64,000 nt of DNA from Alphaproteobacteria bacterium (GCA_045611665.1 JAZKXP010000004.1:1446-65445), one strand, 5' to 3'. Positions 38,019-46,881 are shown, numbered from the stretch's first letter. Program-made: numbers and translations. The notes: generated by a model not told the origin, from the sequence alone.

Positions 38019-40460
38019 TTAAGCCCGATCAATATAAGCTTGCACCAAGGCATCTGTATCATTTAATTGACGCGATAATTGTTCCGCCAACAACACATTT
38101 TTATTACCGGATGAGTATACCTTTAAGTATGGGCCCAAACCACTTAAATCAACATCCAAAATCACCGATTCATGGATAGCCGGTCGACTGACCAAAATCG
38201 CATACTTGCGGTCGGCAAATTCTTTCCCCAAAATAAAGTTCATTTCTCGAGGCGTCAAATTCCAAGTGGCATAATCAGATGGGTTTGCCTGCGGGTTTCT
38301 AAAGAAAATAACCGTTTGACATTGACCGCGAATAACATCACCCAATCCATTATCATCCAAAAACCGCGGTTGTTGGAAAGCACACAAGAAAGCTTGACGT
38401 TTTTTACGTCCTTCCCGAAGCCCGACGATAAATTGCTCTTTAAACATGGGATGCTCTAACATCGGAGCTGTTTCGTCAATCATCACCAAACTTGGCGTAC
38501 CCATCGCCGATGCTTGAACGTGAATACGGTGCATAATATAGCTGATAACAGCCGGAGCCAGAGTGGCATCCGAAAAAATGTTCGTAAAGTCAAACGCCAT
38601 ATAGCGCGATCCGCCCAAATCCAAATTATCGGTCGGTGAGTTAAAAATACGCCCATATTGATCATCATTTACCCAACGTTGTAACTCGCTCCGCATGGCG
38701 GAATTCGGAGCAAAACATGATTTATACAAATTTTTCAACAGCCGTTCTTGTGGTCGTAAATATTCAAACGCCGTCACAACCGCACGGGCGATTTCTTGCT
38801 CACTCATCGCATCGGTACAGCCGGTGATATCTCTGAGCCACGTACGCAAAAACATTCTGTTATCCGATGTATCGGGTACGGCAAAAGGATTCAAGGTAAC
38901 AGCCCCTTCTCCACCATCAAAGCGGATATATGGCGCCCCCTGCATTAAAGCAAAAACCTTTGCACCGTTATTACGATCAAAAAAGTATGTATGCAAATCG
39001 GGAATACGCAAAGATTGACCGGCCATAAACGAGAAAAAGGTTGTTTTACCTTGACCGGTCGGACCGATTAAAGCGGTATGAGCCACCGCATAAGGTTCTT
39101 CGGATACATGGAATTGGAAAGCGTAAGCCGTGCCCGTAATTGTTCTGAAATACGACAAAGGAACAGGACCCCAATCGGATTTTTGTCGTCCTTCGGCCGT
39201 TTTATCAATACAGACAGCACATGCCACAACGCGTGACAAATACATAAATGTCCGCGGATAAACTTCGTAGGTCGGAAATTGAGCGAAAAACGTTGCTTGA
39301 GCCGACCATCCGTCACGGACCGGTGTTACGTTATGTAACCGGCAAATTTTTTCCACTTCTTCCTGACCAAAATCCAGCTCTTCTTTAGAATTACCGAAAA
39401 TGAACACACTCATAGCATATTCATTTAAGGTTTGTCCGTCCGCATCGGATTGGTCCATCCATTCAAGAGCCGTATTGTATTGTTCCATAACGTTTTGAGA
39501 AAAGGTCGTCAGATAAGCCATCCGTCGTTGTTGCATCAACAAAAAGTTGGCCTTCACGTGCGGAATGGCTTTAATATTATGACAAACGGTTATTTCGCAA
39601 TCAATGCTTAAGATATCGGCAACCATTTGCTCATCCATATAATCACCGGGTTTACGAATTCCCATACAAATTGCCATTTTTTCATTTTCACCGGAAAAGA
39701 ATTTAATAATCCCTTCATCTTTCGTAAAATGAATATAATCAGAGGTCAATAACGCATTTAAATATTCCCCTTGTTCCCCATGAATAACGGGTTTAGGATT
39801 TGACAGAGGACTGAGCAATTGCGCAAACAACCAAAACGGACTTTTATCTTGATGTTTGTGCGGTGTTTTTTCGGAAATCAAAACCGGACTATACATATCC
39901 AAAATAGTCAAAAGAGAGTTAGTGGCCTGTTGCAAATCTTTCATGGCCGTTTTTCGGTCATTGATAGATAAAACAATGTAATGTTTATTACGAAAAACAC
40001 GATGCAAACTGCTGATCCACATAGAAGAAATAGTTTGCAACATCTTATCGTCTTTATACATATGTTCTTCCGTCAACGGAATTTTTTCACGAATAGTAAT
40101 AACCCGCGAAACAATTTCCAATTCAGCCATCGAGTCTACCCACCGTTTTTTTGCCTCGGCCAACTCAATCCGCTCCTCCGGCAACATTAACGTCGTATCA
40201 GCCCCTTTTAATTCAAACACACGAGCCAAAGACCCATTACGCAAGTGAATTGTGGCGCCGTCTTCATCCAACTTTGAAAAGGGCAAAAAATCGGAAACAC
40301 GCGTTTCTTTTGGTCGTGGCAAGATGATATCTCCCAACCGCGTAACAAACACAGCTATAATTAACATAGCCGCCCCAATACCAAACACGGCAACGACGGT
40401 TGACAGAGAAGTTGCTCCCTGCGCTAAAACGTCAAAAACACCCATTCCTACATCATTCAT
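38019..40460 (-). CDS. virB4: Type IV secretion system ATPase VirB4/TrbE
   Basis: 813 aa with N-terminal TM segments, Walker A LIGPTGQGKTT, Walker B LVMIDETAPM and a C-terminal ..FQQPRFL.. region typical of VirB4/TrbE/CagE. Lies directly downstream of a VirB3-like gene. Confidence 0.8.
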   Translation of the reverse strand: MNDVGMGVFDVLAQGATSLSTVVAVFGIGAAMLIIAVFVTRLGDIILPRPKETRVSDFLPFSKLDEDGATIHLRNGSLARVFELKGADTTLMLPEERIELAEAKKRWVDSMAELEIVSRVITIREKIPLTEEHMYKDDKMLQTISSMWISSLHRVFRNKHYIVLSINDRKTAMKDLQQATNSLLTILDMYSPVLISEKTPHKHQDKSPFWLFAQLLSPLSNPKPVIHGEQGEYLNALLTSDYIHFTKDEGIIKFFSGENEKMAICMGIRKPGDYMDEQMVADILSIDCEITVCHNIKAIPHVKANFLLMQQRRMAYLTTFSQNVMEQYNTALEWMDQSDADGQTLNEYAMSVFIFGNSKEELDFGQEEVEKICRLHNVTPVRDGWSAQATFFAQFPTYEVYPRTFMYLSRVVACAVCIDKTAEGRQKSDWGPVPLSYFRTITGTAYAFQFHVSEEPYAVAHTALIGPTGQGKTTFFSFMAGQSLRIPDLHTYFFDRNNGAKVFALMQGAPYIRFDGGEGAVTLNPFAVPDTSDNRMFLRTWLRDITGCTDAMSEQEIARAVVTAFEYLRPQERLLKNLYKSCFAPNSAMRSELQRWVNDDQYGRIFNSPTDNLDLGGSRYMAFDFTNIFSDATLAPAVISYIMHRIHVQASAMGTPSLVMIDETAPMLEHPMFKEQFIVGLREGRKKRQAFLCAFQQPRFLDDNGLGDVIRGQCQTVIFFRNPQANPSDYATWNLTPREMNFILGKEFADRKYAILVSRPAIHESVILDVDLSGLGPYLKVYSSGNKNVLLAEQLSRQLNDTDALVQAYIDRA

Positions 40461-40472
40461 TTTAAATCCTCA

Positions 40473-40760
40473 TCATGGAGCTAACTTATTTCCGCGTGAA
40501 TAATATATATTTTTACTGGGCGTCATCATCGGCCCAGAGGCTTTCATCATATTAGATAAGTGCGGTTCTTTTACCCCGTAAATAATAATCACTAAGTGAG
40601 CCAAACCTATCGTAGCAATAAAAAAAATCGGGTTATGATGTGTGGCAATCCACATACACAAGAAAACGGATTGAACGGTAATATTTGCAATGGACGGCAC
40701 CATAGGCGCCCAAAAAACTTTCGGCGGCATTGCAACGGCTTTTAAAATTGGTTCATGCAT
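40473..40760 (-). CDS. virB3: Type IV secretion system protein VirB3/TrbD-like
   Basis: 95 aa two-TM protein of VirB3 size and topology, 12 nt upstream of virB4. Confidence 0.6.
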   Translation of the reverse strand: MHEPILKAVAMPPKVFWAPMVPSIANITVQSVFLCMWIATHHNPIFFIATIGLAHLVIIIYGVKEPHLSNMMKASGPMMTPSKNIYYSRGNKLAP

Positions 40761-40899
40761 CCCATTCTCCCGCTAAACGGTTATTATTCGGATTTATTAT
40801 ACGCATATATCGGTTAACAATAACTTAACACAAAAAAACTTTTAAAACAAGCTCTTTTTCAAAAATTTCTTATTGCTTTTCGGCAATAATATCCGTCCC

Positions 40900-41406
40900 C
40901 TATTCTTTAACTCTTTCTTGATGTTGGGACAGATTAATATCTGCTTTAGCCCGACTGACACGGACAGGATTATGTTCAGACACCGATTTAGTCGGAATAC
41001 CGTTTTTTTCAGAAGAATGGGAATATTCTCCGACACAGATAAAAAACAATGCCCCAAGCGCTCCGGCAGATGAAACCATCAAAGCACATCGTTTAAATCC
41101 CCATAAAAAAGTATGAGGAGCATCATAATTTTTCCATTCTTTACTGTGCATATATTCTTTCACACGATAAGATCCGTCATCATTCAGAACAACATCATCA
41201 ACCCACATTGTATCTTTTAGTGCATACCCACGATAACTATACAAAGAACACCACGTTCCTTTATCATGTCCCACTTTAATATATTTGGGTTGTTTGGGAT
41301 TGATATCGTAAGAAGCAGCCCTCTTTTCTATTGTACGACCAGTTATTGAACGAATATTAAATGTTCCGTCCGCATTTTCGGATATATTAAAATATTTTGA
41401 TTTCAT
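40900..41406 (-). CDS. Hypothetical tail-anchored protein
   Basis: 168 aa with no signal peptide and a single C-terminal TM (ALMVSSAGALGALFFICVG). It occupies the position where virB2 would normally be but does not resemble a T-pilin. Confidence 0.35.
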   Translation of the reverse strand: MKSKYFNISENADGTFNIRSITGRTIEKRAASYDINPKQPKYIKVGHDKGTWCSLYSYRGYALKDTMWVDDVVLNDDGSYRVKEYMHSKEWKNYDAPHTFLWGFKRCALMVSSAGALGALFFICVGEYSHSSEKNGIPTKSVSEHNPVRVSRAKADINLSQHQERVKE

Positions 41407-41576
41407 ATTGATTTTTTTGATAAACGTAAAAAACGCCTAAAGATCAAACCTCGTTATTGGTTAATAAGTATGGCAATTATACTTTTTTTAAAATATCACG
41501 TCAAGTCTTTTTGATATATCCCGAATATCCCCGTAAAAATAACCTCTTGAGCACCGAGATGATATGTTTCATGATA

Positions 41577-41897
41577 TCAATGATAGTACGATAAACACTT
41601 ATAGGCAACGGCTTCAATTTTTGCATCATTATCATCGTTTGTTTCGACTTGCGTCACCTTCAAATAATCCGCCCCGATTTTGGCCGCTTGTTTTCTGGCT
41701 TTTTTCAACGCAACATTGGAATTCCAGCTGTATGGCGTATTAATCAAAGCAATTTCTTCATAATCACAGTCAGGTTCTTCTTTAAAAACGACTTTAACCT
41801 CCTCAGGGGTAATCGGCGCGTATGACTTAGCCACCATAATATGAGTTGAGGCACATCCGCCCATTAGAAATAAACACATAAACAAAAGACGCTTCAT
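41577..41897 (-). CDS. Lipoprotein, hypothetical
   Basis: Start refined to MKRLLFMCLFLMGGCAS (lipobox LMGGC) at 41897, with a perfect AAGGAG RBS; mature protein about 90 aa. Confidence 0.5.
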   Translation of the reverse strand: MKRLLFMCLFLMGGCASTHIMVAKSYAPITPEEVKVVFKEEPDCDYEEIALINTPYSWNSNVALKKARKQAAKIGADYLKVTQVETNDDNDAKIEAVAYKCLSYYH

Positions 41898-41955
41898 TGT
41901 TTTCTCCTTAATTTTTGTTAAAGTATATCGGCTTTTATATGTTATTTCAAGCATT

Positions 41956-42918
41956 TTATGCCGCTATTTTTAAATCTGCCGTATTTTCCCATGACAAAAC
42001 CGGTATTTCGTCCGGCACCGACAGGTGGGCTTTTGCAAACAGCGTTATCGGACGGCCGTTATTCAAACACTCACCATGTCCGACCGGCACACCAGAAAAA
42101 ACGGGGGTGTTAGGCGGAATGGTCCCAATAAATTGTTCTGCTGTTTGAAGAGGTGTATCTTGCGACAGAATAAAAGCAACCTGCCGAGAATCCCCCGAAG
42201 CCCATTTTAAACAAGCCGTTAAATCTGAAGCTCTGTCTAATTCAGACACAATAAAACAGGTTTGGTGTCGTTTTGTTACAACAAAAGACGGATGAACTTG
42301 TTCCGGTAAAATATATCCCGATAAGTTTTGGACGGCTCTGGCGGCAACATTCAACGGTTTCAGGGCGCAAGCTCCGGCAGTATCTTGATGTACATCTTCC
42401 AACAAAGCATTTAATCCGCGAGAATAATAAACCGGTGTACACACACCTAAACACCCCAAATATGATTGCAAATGTACAGCATCATCAAATCCATATACCT
42501 TTAATGTTTCCGCCCGTTTAGGCAACATGCCGAACTTATCCGTCAATCGTCTTAATTCATCAACAACGGAAAAACTTCCCATGCCGTCACTTAAATACAC
42601 GGCATTATATTTAAATCCTTTTTTATTTTTGGCACAAATCGCTTCAAATATCATTGCTGCCCGTTGTTTCGGTGAATGCGTATATTCAAATCCGTCTGCA
42701 TCATAACGCCACTTGCCACAAAAAATATTATCATCATACGGCAGTATCAAGGCAACCCGTTTACTTTGAGCCCAAAAAAATAATCGTTTTTTTTCGACGT
42801 CGTCCGAATACTGTTCCAACGGTGGTTTGGCAACGCTACACGAAGACGGAATCACCACCAGATGAGAGGTACACTCTTTTGAATAAAAAAAAGTATGTAA
42901 AAACACCGGTTGTTTCAT
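41956..42918 (-). CDS. ldcA: LD-carboxypeptidase (peptidase S66, LdcA-like)
   Basis: The C-terminal GVPVGHGECLNNGRPITLFAKAHL aligns with E. coli LdcA DFGHEQRTVTLPLGAHAIL, which carries the catalytic His. Nucleophile-region YLSDGMG parallels GHSDFT. Start refined to MKQPVF at 42918 with a GGGGGAG RBS. Confidence 0.55.
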   Translation of the reverse strand: MKQPVFLHTFFYSKECTSHLVVIPSSCSVAKPPLEQYSDDVEKKRLFFWAQSKRVALILPYDDNIFCGKWRYDADGFEYTHSPKQRAAMIFEAICAKNKKGFKYNAVYLSDGMGSFSVVDELRRLTDKFGMLPKRAETLKVYGFDDAVHLQSYLGCLGVCTPVYYSRGLNALLEDVHQDTAGACALKPLNVAARAVQNLSGYILPEQVHPSFVVTKRHQTCFIVSELDRASDLTACLKWASGDSRQVAFILSQDTPLQTAEQFIGTIPPNTPVFSGVPVGHGECLNNGRPITLFAKAHLSVPDEIPVLSWENTADLKIAA

Positions 42919-43115
42919 GCTCCCCCCTGCTAAAAAAAACAAACCCTCTGTTTTATGAAGAAGACACTCTTAAAAAGCAAATAAAAAAATCAAATATAAT
43001 ACGATAGTATACAACGCCTTAACTGTTATCATACATCAGTCAGAAAAATATCGTATTTCCCTCTTGCCTTGATGGTTAATTTATGCCACAATATGAAAAA
43101 CTTAAGGAACACGCC

Positions 43116-44276
43116 ATGGAAATTCATGAATATCAAGTTAAAAAGCTGTTTAAAAAGCAAGGACTCCCCATCTTAAAAGGGGGGGTTGCCTATACTTCCG
43201 AAGAGGCCGTTCGCGTCGCCGAATCCGTTGGCGGAACACAATGGGCTATTAAAGCTCAAATTCACGACAACAATCGATTTAAAGGTTTTTTTGTAGAAGA
43301 CGATGCCGGCTCCGGCAGTGGTTTTCGGTATGCTCAAACGTTACAGGAAGTTCAACAATTTTCTCAACAAATGTTGGGAAAAACCCTGATTACACCAACC
43401 ACTCATCATCGTGGGCATGAGGTAAAAAAGGTTTATATTGAAGAAGTTGTCGATATAAAAGAACAATTTCAAATTTCCTTAAGAATTGATGAAAACACTC
43501 AGCAACGTGTTTTGATTTTGATGCGACAAAACGGCCAACTAAAACGTTATGAACTAACCAACAAAGGGATTACCTCATTTCTGCTCCATCGTATGACAAA
43601 TCGGATGAAATTATCCGGCAAAAACGCGTCTCAGTTATCGTCTATTATTCGTCAACTGTATGATTTATTTGAACAATACAAGGCACGTGCCGTGGAATTA
43701 ACCCCCTTAATTTTAACAAAATCAGATACCTTAACCATATTGGATGGACGGATTGTATTTGACGGAGATGCTCTGTTCGCCTATCCGGATATTTTTGCAT
43801 TAAAAGAAATTGATACTGGAACCGAACGTGAACATTCGGCACAACAAAATAATTTTAAATACACCAAATTAAGCGGGAATATTGCCTGTATAGTGAACGG
43901 CACCGGCTTAGGTATGGCTACCGTTGATTTAATTACAGACAAAGGTGGTACCGTTTCGTGTTTATTGGATATTGGAACGGAACCATCTAAAGAGGTTGTG
44001 GCAAAGGCTTTTCGAATGGTATTGGGTGAGCCGGATATCGAGGGGGTTCTCGTCAATATTTTTGGCGGTATTACCCGATGTGACGTCATTGCGCAAGGGC
44101 TTATTTCGGCATCTCACGAAATATCGGTTGGTATGCCTCTGGTTGTGCGAATGGACGGAACAAATGCGGCTGTCGGATGCCGTTTATTGCAAGAATCTCA
44201 TCTGCCATTTGAATTAATTGAACGCATGGACAGTGCCGTTGAAAAAATCGTTTCTCGGGTTGAGGAGGTTGCATGA
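43116..44276 (+). CDS. Succinyl-CoA synthetase beta-subunit-like ATP-grasp protein, divergent (phosphate-binding loop not conserved)
   Basis: MEIHEYQVKKLF.. is a clear SucC homolog along its full length (CIVNGTGLGMATVD, NIFGGITRCD). The ATP-grasp Gly-rich loop VHAGGRGKAGGV is replaced by IHDNNRFKGFFVEDDAGSGSGF. Start refined to 43116 with an AAGGAA RBS. Confidence 0.7.
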   Translation: MEIHEYQVKKLFKKQGLPILKGGVAYTSEEAVRVAESVGGTQWAIKAQIHDNNRFKGFFVEDDAGSGSGFRYAQTLQEVQQFSQQMLGKTLITPTTHHRGHEVKKVYIEEVVDIKEQFQISLRIDENTQQRVLILMRQNGQLKRYELTNKGITSFLLHRMTNRMKLSGKNASQLSSIIRQLYDLFEQYKARAVELTPLILTKSDTLTILDGRIVFDGDALFAYPDIFALKEIDTGTEREHSAQQNNFKYTKLSGNIACIVNGTGLGMATVDLITDKGGTVSCLLDIGTEPSKEVVAKAFRMVLGEPDIEGVLVNIFGGITRCDVIAQGLISASHEISVGMPLVVRMDGTNAAVGCRLLQESHLPFELIERMDSAVEKIVSRVEEVA

Positions 44277-45166
44277 AATTTGTTCTGCCAAACAGTTCTA
44301 CACCTATTTTAGTTCAAGGAATTACCAGCTCGTTGGGGGCTACCCATACCGAGATGGCCATTGTTTACGGGTCCAATATCGTTGCTGGTGTTGCCCGAGA
44401 AAAAGGATTAAAAACCTTTTTAAATGTCCCTATTTTTCAAACAGTTCGAGATGCCGTGCGCAAAACAAAGCCCCAAGTCAGTATGGTTTTTTCCACTCCC
44501 ATGCGGGCCTTAGCCGACGTCACCGAAGCGGCAAAATCTAAAATCCCTCTGATTATTTGCACAACCGAACATGTTCCTTTACATGACAGATTAAAAATGA
44601 CCGAAATTGCAGAAAAATACGGCGTGCGTTTATTGGGTCCCAGCTCTCCGGGGGTGGTTAATATTGATAAATGTTTGGCCGGCACCATGCCCGCTCATTT
44701 ATTTCCCAAAGGAAATGTTGGCATTGTCTCACGGTCCAGCTCTTTAACCTACGAAGCCGTTCAACAACTGGCTCAACTAAATCTGGGGGTTTCTTCATGC
44801 GTGGCTCTTGGAACTTCTTTGGTCTTAGGAACGTCTTTCATTCCGGTTGTTCAAAGTTTTTTATCCGATTCCAAAGTCAAATCTATTTTAATTATCGGAG
44901 AATTAAACGGAAATTTTGAATGCGAACTTGCCAATTGGTATAAAAATCAAAAACGCAAAAAACCTCTTGTCGTGTACATCAGCGGAAAATCCTTTCCTCG
45001 CTCGAAAAAGCTGCCTATGGTTGGCGCCCCCCATCAAACACCAGCCGAAAGAGTGGCTCTAAAACAACAAACTTTGGAACAAGTCGGCGGTGTTGTTGTT
45101 TATTCGCCCGAATTAATTGGAAAAACCGTTGCGAAAGTAATGAAAAAGGAGACACATGACGCTTGA
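44273..45166 (+). CDS. Succinyl-CoA synthetase alpha-subunit-like CoA-binding protein, divergent (catalytic His motif absent)
   Basis: Collinear with SucD (VQGITSSLG versus QGFTGSQG; IVSRSSSLTYEA versus GIVSRSGTLTYEA; IIGELNG versus MIGEIGG). The phosphohistidine motif GKRMGHAGAII is replaced by SKKLPMVGAPH. Start overlaps the SucC-like stop by 4 nt. Confidence 0.7.
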   Translation: MKFVLPNSSTPILVQGITSSLGATHTEMAIVYGSNIVAGVAREKGLKTFLNVPIFQTVRDAVRKTKPQVSMVFSTPMRALADVTEAAKSKIPLIICTTEHVPLHDRLKMTEIAEKYGVRLLGPSSPGVVNIDKCLAGTMPAHLFPKGNVGIVSRSSSLTYEAVQQLAQLNLGVSSCVALGTSLVLGTSFIPVVQSFLSDSKVKSILIIGELNGNFECELANWYKNQKRKKPLVVYISGKSFPRSKKLPMVGAPHQTPAERVALKQQTLEQVGGVVVYSPELIGKTVAKVMKKETHDA

Positions 45167-45686
45167 CGAATTGATTATGACACGGGTTTCCCATGATTTA
45201 GCCGGTATCATCGGTGCTTTGTATAATACCGCCGAATTATTGGAAATTGATCCGGCATTCGCTACCGAATCCGGCGGCATAATTAAAACAAGCACCGGCA
45301 CATTAATGGCCAGATTAAAATTTTTCCGTGCCATCTTTGGTACAGACGGCGCCCCGCTGAACACTCAAATTGTTCAAGAGTATCTCAACACGCTTTCCGC
45401 TGCATTCACCCTTAACGGAACAATAGACACACGCCGACAAGCCGTTGCCGTATTAATTTGTGCCGACACAATGATACGGGGCGGAAAAATCGATTTAACA
45501 AACCATTCCGTCACAGGGATAGGCCAAATCAAAATCGATGAGGCATTTCACCTTGCCCTATCGGGAACGCTGGATAGTATTCCACCAAAATTGGCTCCGG
45601 TTGCTTGGCTGGTAAATCACAATAAAATTCATCATCTGTCCATATCAGCCGATATAGATACCGATTGTATTACCCTGTGTTTTTAA
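45156..45686 (+). CDS. chpT: ChpT-like histidine phosphotransferase
   Basis: 176 aa. LIMTRVSHDLAGIIGALYNTAELLE matches Caulobacter ChpT LAARLCHDFISPASAIVSGLDLLE, which carries the phospho-accepting His. LKFFRAIFG matches LQFTRVAFG. Start overlaps the SucD-like gene by 11 nt. Confidence 0.65.
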   Translation: MTLDELIMTRVSHDLAGIIGALYNTAELLEIDPAFATESGGIIKTSTGTLMARLKFFRAIFGTDGAPLNTQIVQEYLNTLSAAFTLNGTIDTRRQAVAVLICADTMIRGGKIDLTNHSVTGIGQIKIDEAFHLALSGTLDSIPPKLAPVAWLVNHNKIHHLSISADIDTDCITLCF

Positions 45687-45816
45687 TTGTCAAATATCTT
45701 ATTAAATAAAAACTTGTCTTTTTATTTTGAATACGATATAGTGATCTCAGGACAGGTGTTCTGTCTCGAGGTGTCAGAACCTCATTAACTCTATTCTGTA
45801 GTACGGAATATAAACC

Positions 45817-45836
45817 CTTCCAACCGTGGTTGGAAG
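45817..45836. promoter_or_regulatory. Perfect 9+2+9 palindrome CTTCCAACCgtGGTTGGAAG upstream of the pilin gene
   Basis: Exact inverted repeat about 120 nt upstream of the pilin ATG; its geometry fits a dimeric transcription-factor operator. Confidence 0.3.
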
Positions 45837-45879
45837 ATAACAAAATAACCCAATCGGGAAATATGTTATACTATTTGAG

Positions 45880-45895
45880 TTAAGTAGTTCTGAAC
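45880..45895 (+). promoter_or_regulatory. CtrA-box-like motif TTAA-N7-TGAAC
   Basis: One mismatch to the TTAA-N7-TTAAC consensus; about 65 nt upstream of the pilin start, near a possible -10 TATACT at 45866..45871. Confidence 0.2.
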
Positions 45896-45957
45896 TTCCA
45901 GCCACTTTGTATCAAGGTGGCTTTTGTTTTAATGTAATGAACAAGAAAGGGATTTTT

Positions 45958-46383
45958 ATGACTACGAAAAAGCTTGACTCCGGTCGGTCTATGCTGGAAA
46001 TGCTTGGAACTCTCGCTATTATCGGCGTTCTGTCTGTTGGGGCGATAGCGGGATACAGTTACGGTATGGATAAATATCGGGCAAATCAAACAATTAATGA
46101 TGTGATGTTAAGGGCTGTCGATATTATCACCTATACCAACCGAGGTATAGACCCGAATACAGTCTGATGGCCGACAACAACCCCCGTCGGATATCCAACC
46201 TCTTTTGTACCGGATGAAAACAATGTCTATGGTATCCAAGTTCAAAATGTTCCCGCTCGAGTATGTAAAATGGTTGGTGATGATTCTGCTAATGTGTGTT
46301 ATGCATATATTGTCAGTCTCAATACAGGGCATATATACTTTTATGAACGCACAGATGGTAAAGCTTTTGCTATTTATAAGTAA
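45958..46383 (+). pseudogene. Type IV pilin / pseudopilin-like gene interrupted by an in-frame TGA at 46165..46167
   Basis: MTTKKLDSG|RSMLEMLGTLAIIGVLSVGAIAGY is a class III (prepilin) signal with Glu at +5 and a hydrophobic alpha-1 helix. After the TGA the same frame continues for 71 codons (WPTTTPVGYPTSF..ARVCKMVGDDSANVCYAYIV..AIYK*) and contains the Cys..Cys pair of a pilin C-terminal disulfide loop. Confidence 0.55.
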
Positions 46384-46434
46384 ATCAAAAAAGCAGGTAT
46401 TTATAATTATATCTGCCTTATTTCCACAAAAAAA

Positions 46435-46461
46435 CTCGGGACACAAAATCCCGAGTTTTTT
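46435..46461. terminator. Bidirectional rho-independent terminator (pilin / lipoprotein convergent pair)
   Basis: Stem CTCGGGA / TCCCGAG (46435..46441 and 46449..46455) with T6 following on the plus strand and an A-run preceding, which gives a U-run on the minus strand. Confidence 0.6.
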
Positions 46462-46475
46462 ATACCCCAATCACT

Positions 46476-46769
46476 TTATTTTTGTGTTTGTTTGGCGGAA
46501 GACAGAGCCGTTAAAATACCCGTTGCCATTTGAATGGTTTGATTTTCAGACACAGCATCATACATCGGTATGTCGGCCAAACATTGTTTTGTGATTTGTT
46601 TTGCCGTTTCGCTCATCCCATTTGCATACAATGTGCCATCCAAAACGGTTTGCCACCCCTTATCCGTTAAGCATGTTTTCATTTTTGCCATAACATTGCC
46701 CGTCCCTTCGGTTGCGCAAGCCGCTGTCATCAAACACATACCCAAAATTAAAAACAATCCTTTTTTCAT
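46476..46769 (-). CDS. Small lipoprotein, hypothetical
   Basis: 97 aa with signal peptide and lipobox MKKGLFLILGMCLMTAAC, and two further Cys in the mature part. Confidence 0.45.
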   Translation of the reverse strand: MKKGLFLILGMCLMTAACATEGTGNVMAKMKTCLTDKGWQTVLDGTLYANGMSETAKQITKQCLADIPMYDAVSENQTIQMATGILTALSSAKQTQK

Positions 46770-46881
46770 TTTTTTCTCCTTTCATTTTTTAATCTTTTAC
46801 CATCATACAAAATACAGCCTCAAAAATCAACAAAAACCATGAACAGCTCTGTTATTTTTTCGTTCCAATCGTTAATTTTAC

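Noticed and set aside
40842-41057. 71-aa ORF overlapping the 3' end of the 168-aa hypothetical gene
   Set aside because: It is in a different frame from, and largely inside, the longer ORF, with a basic low-complexity translation. The longer ORF is preferred.
46165-46167. TGA read as Trp or another alternative genetic code, which would rescue the pilin
   Set aside because: TGA clearly terminates well-conserved genes here. For example ppa ends in TGA exactly at its conserved C-terminus and overlaps the next start. A standard code therefore applies, and the pilin is treated as interrupted.
46205-46594. 129-aa plus-strand ORF spanning the pilin 3' end, the terminator and the lipoprotein gene
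   Set aside because: It crosses a strong bidirectional terminator, runs antisense to a lipoprotein with a clear signal peptide, and is out of frame with the pilin continuation.
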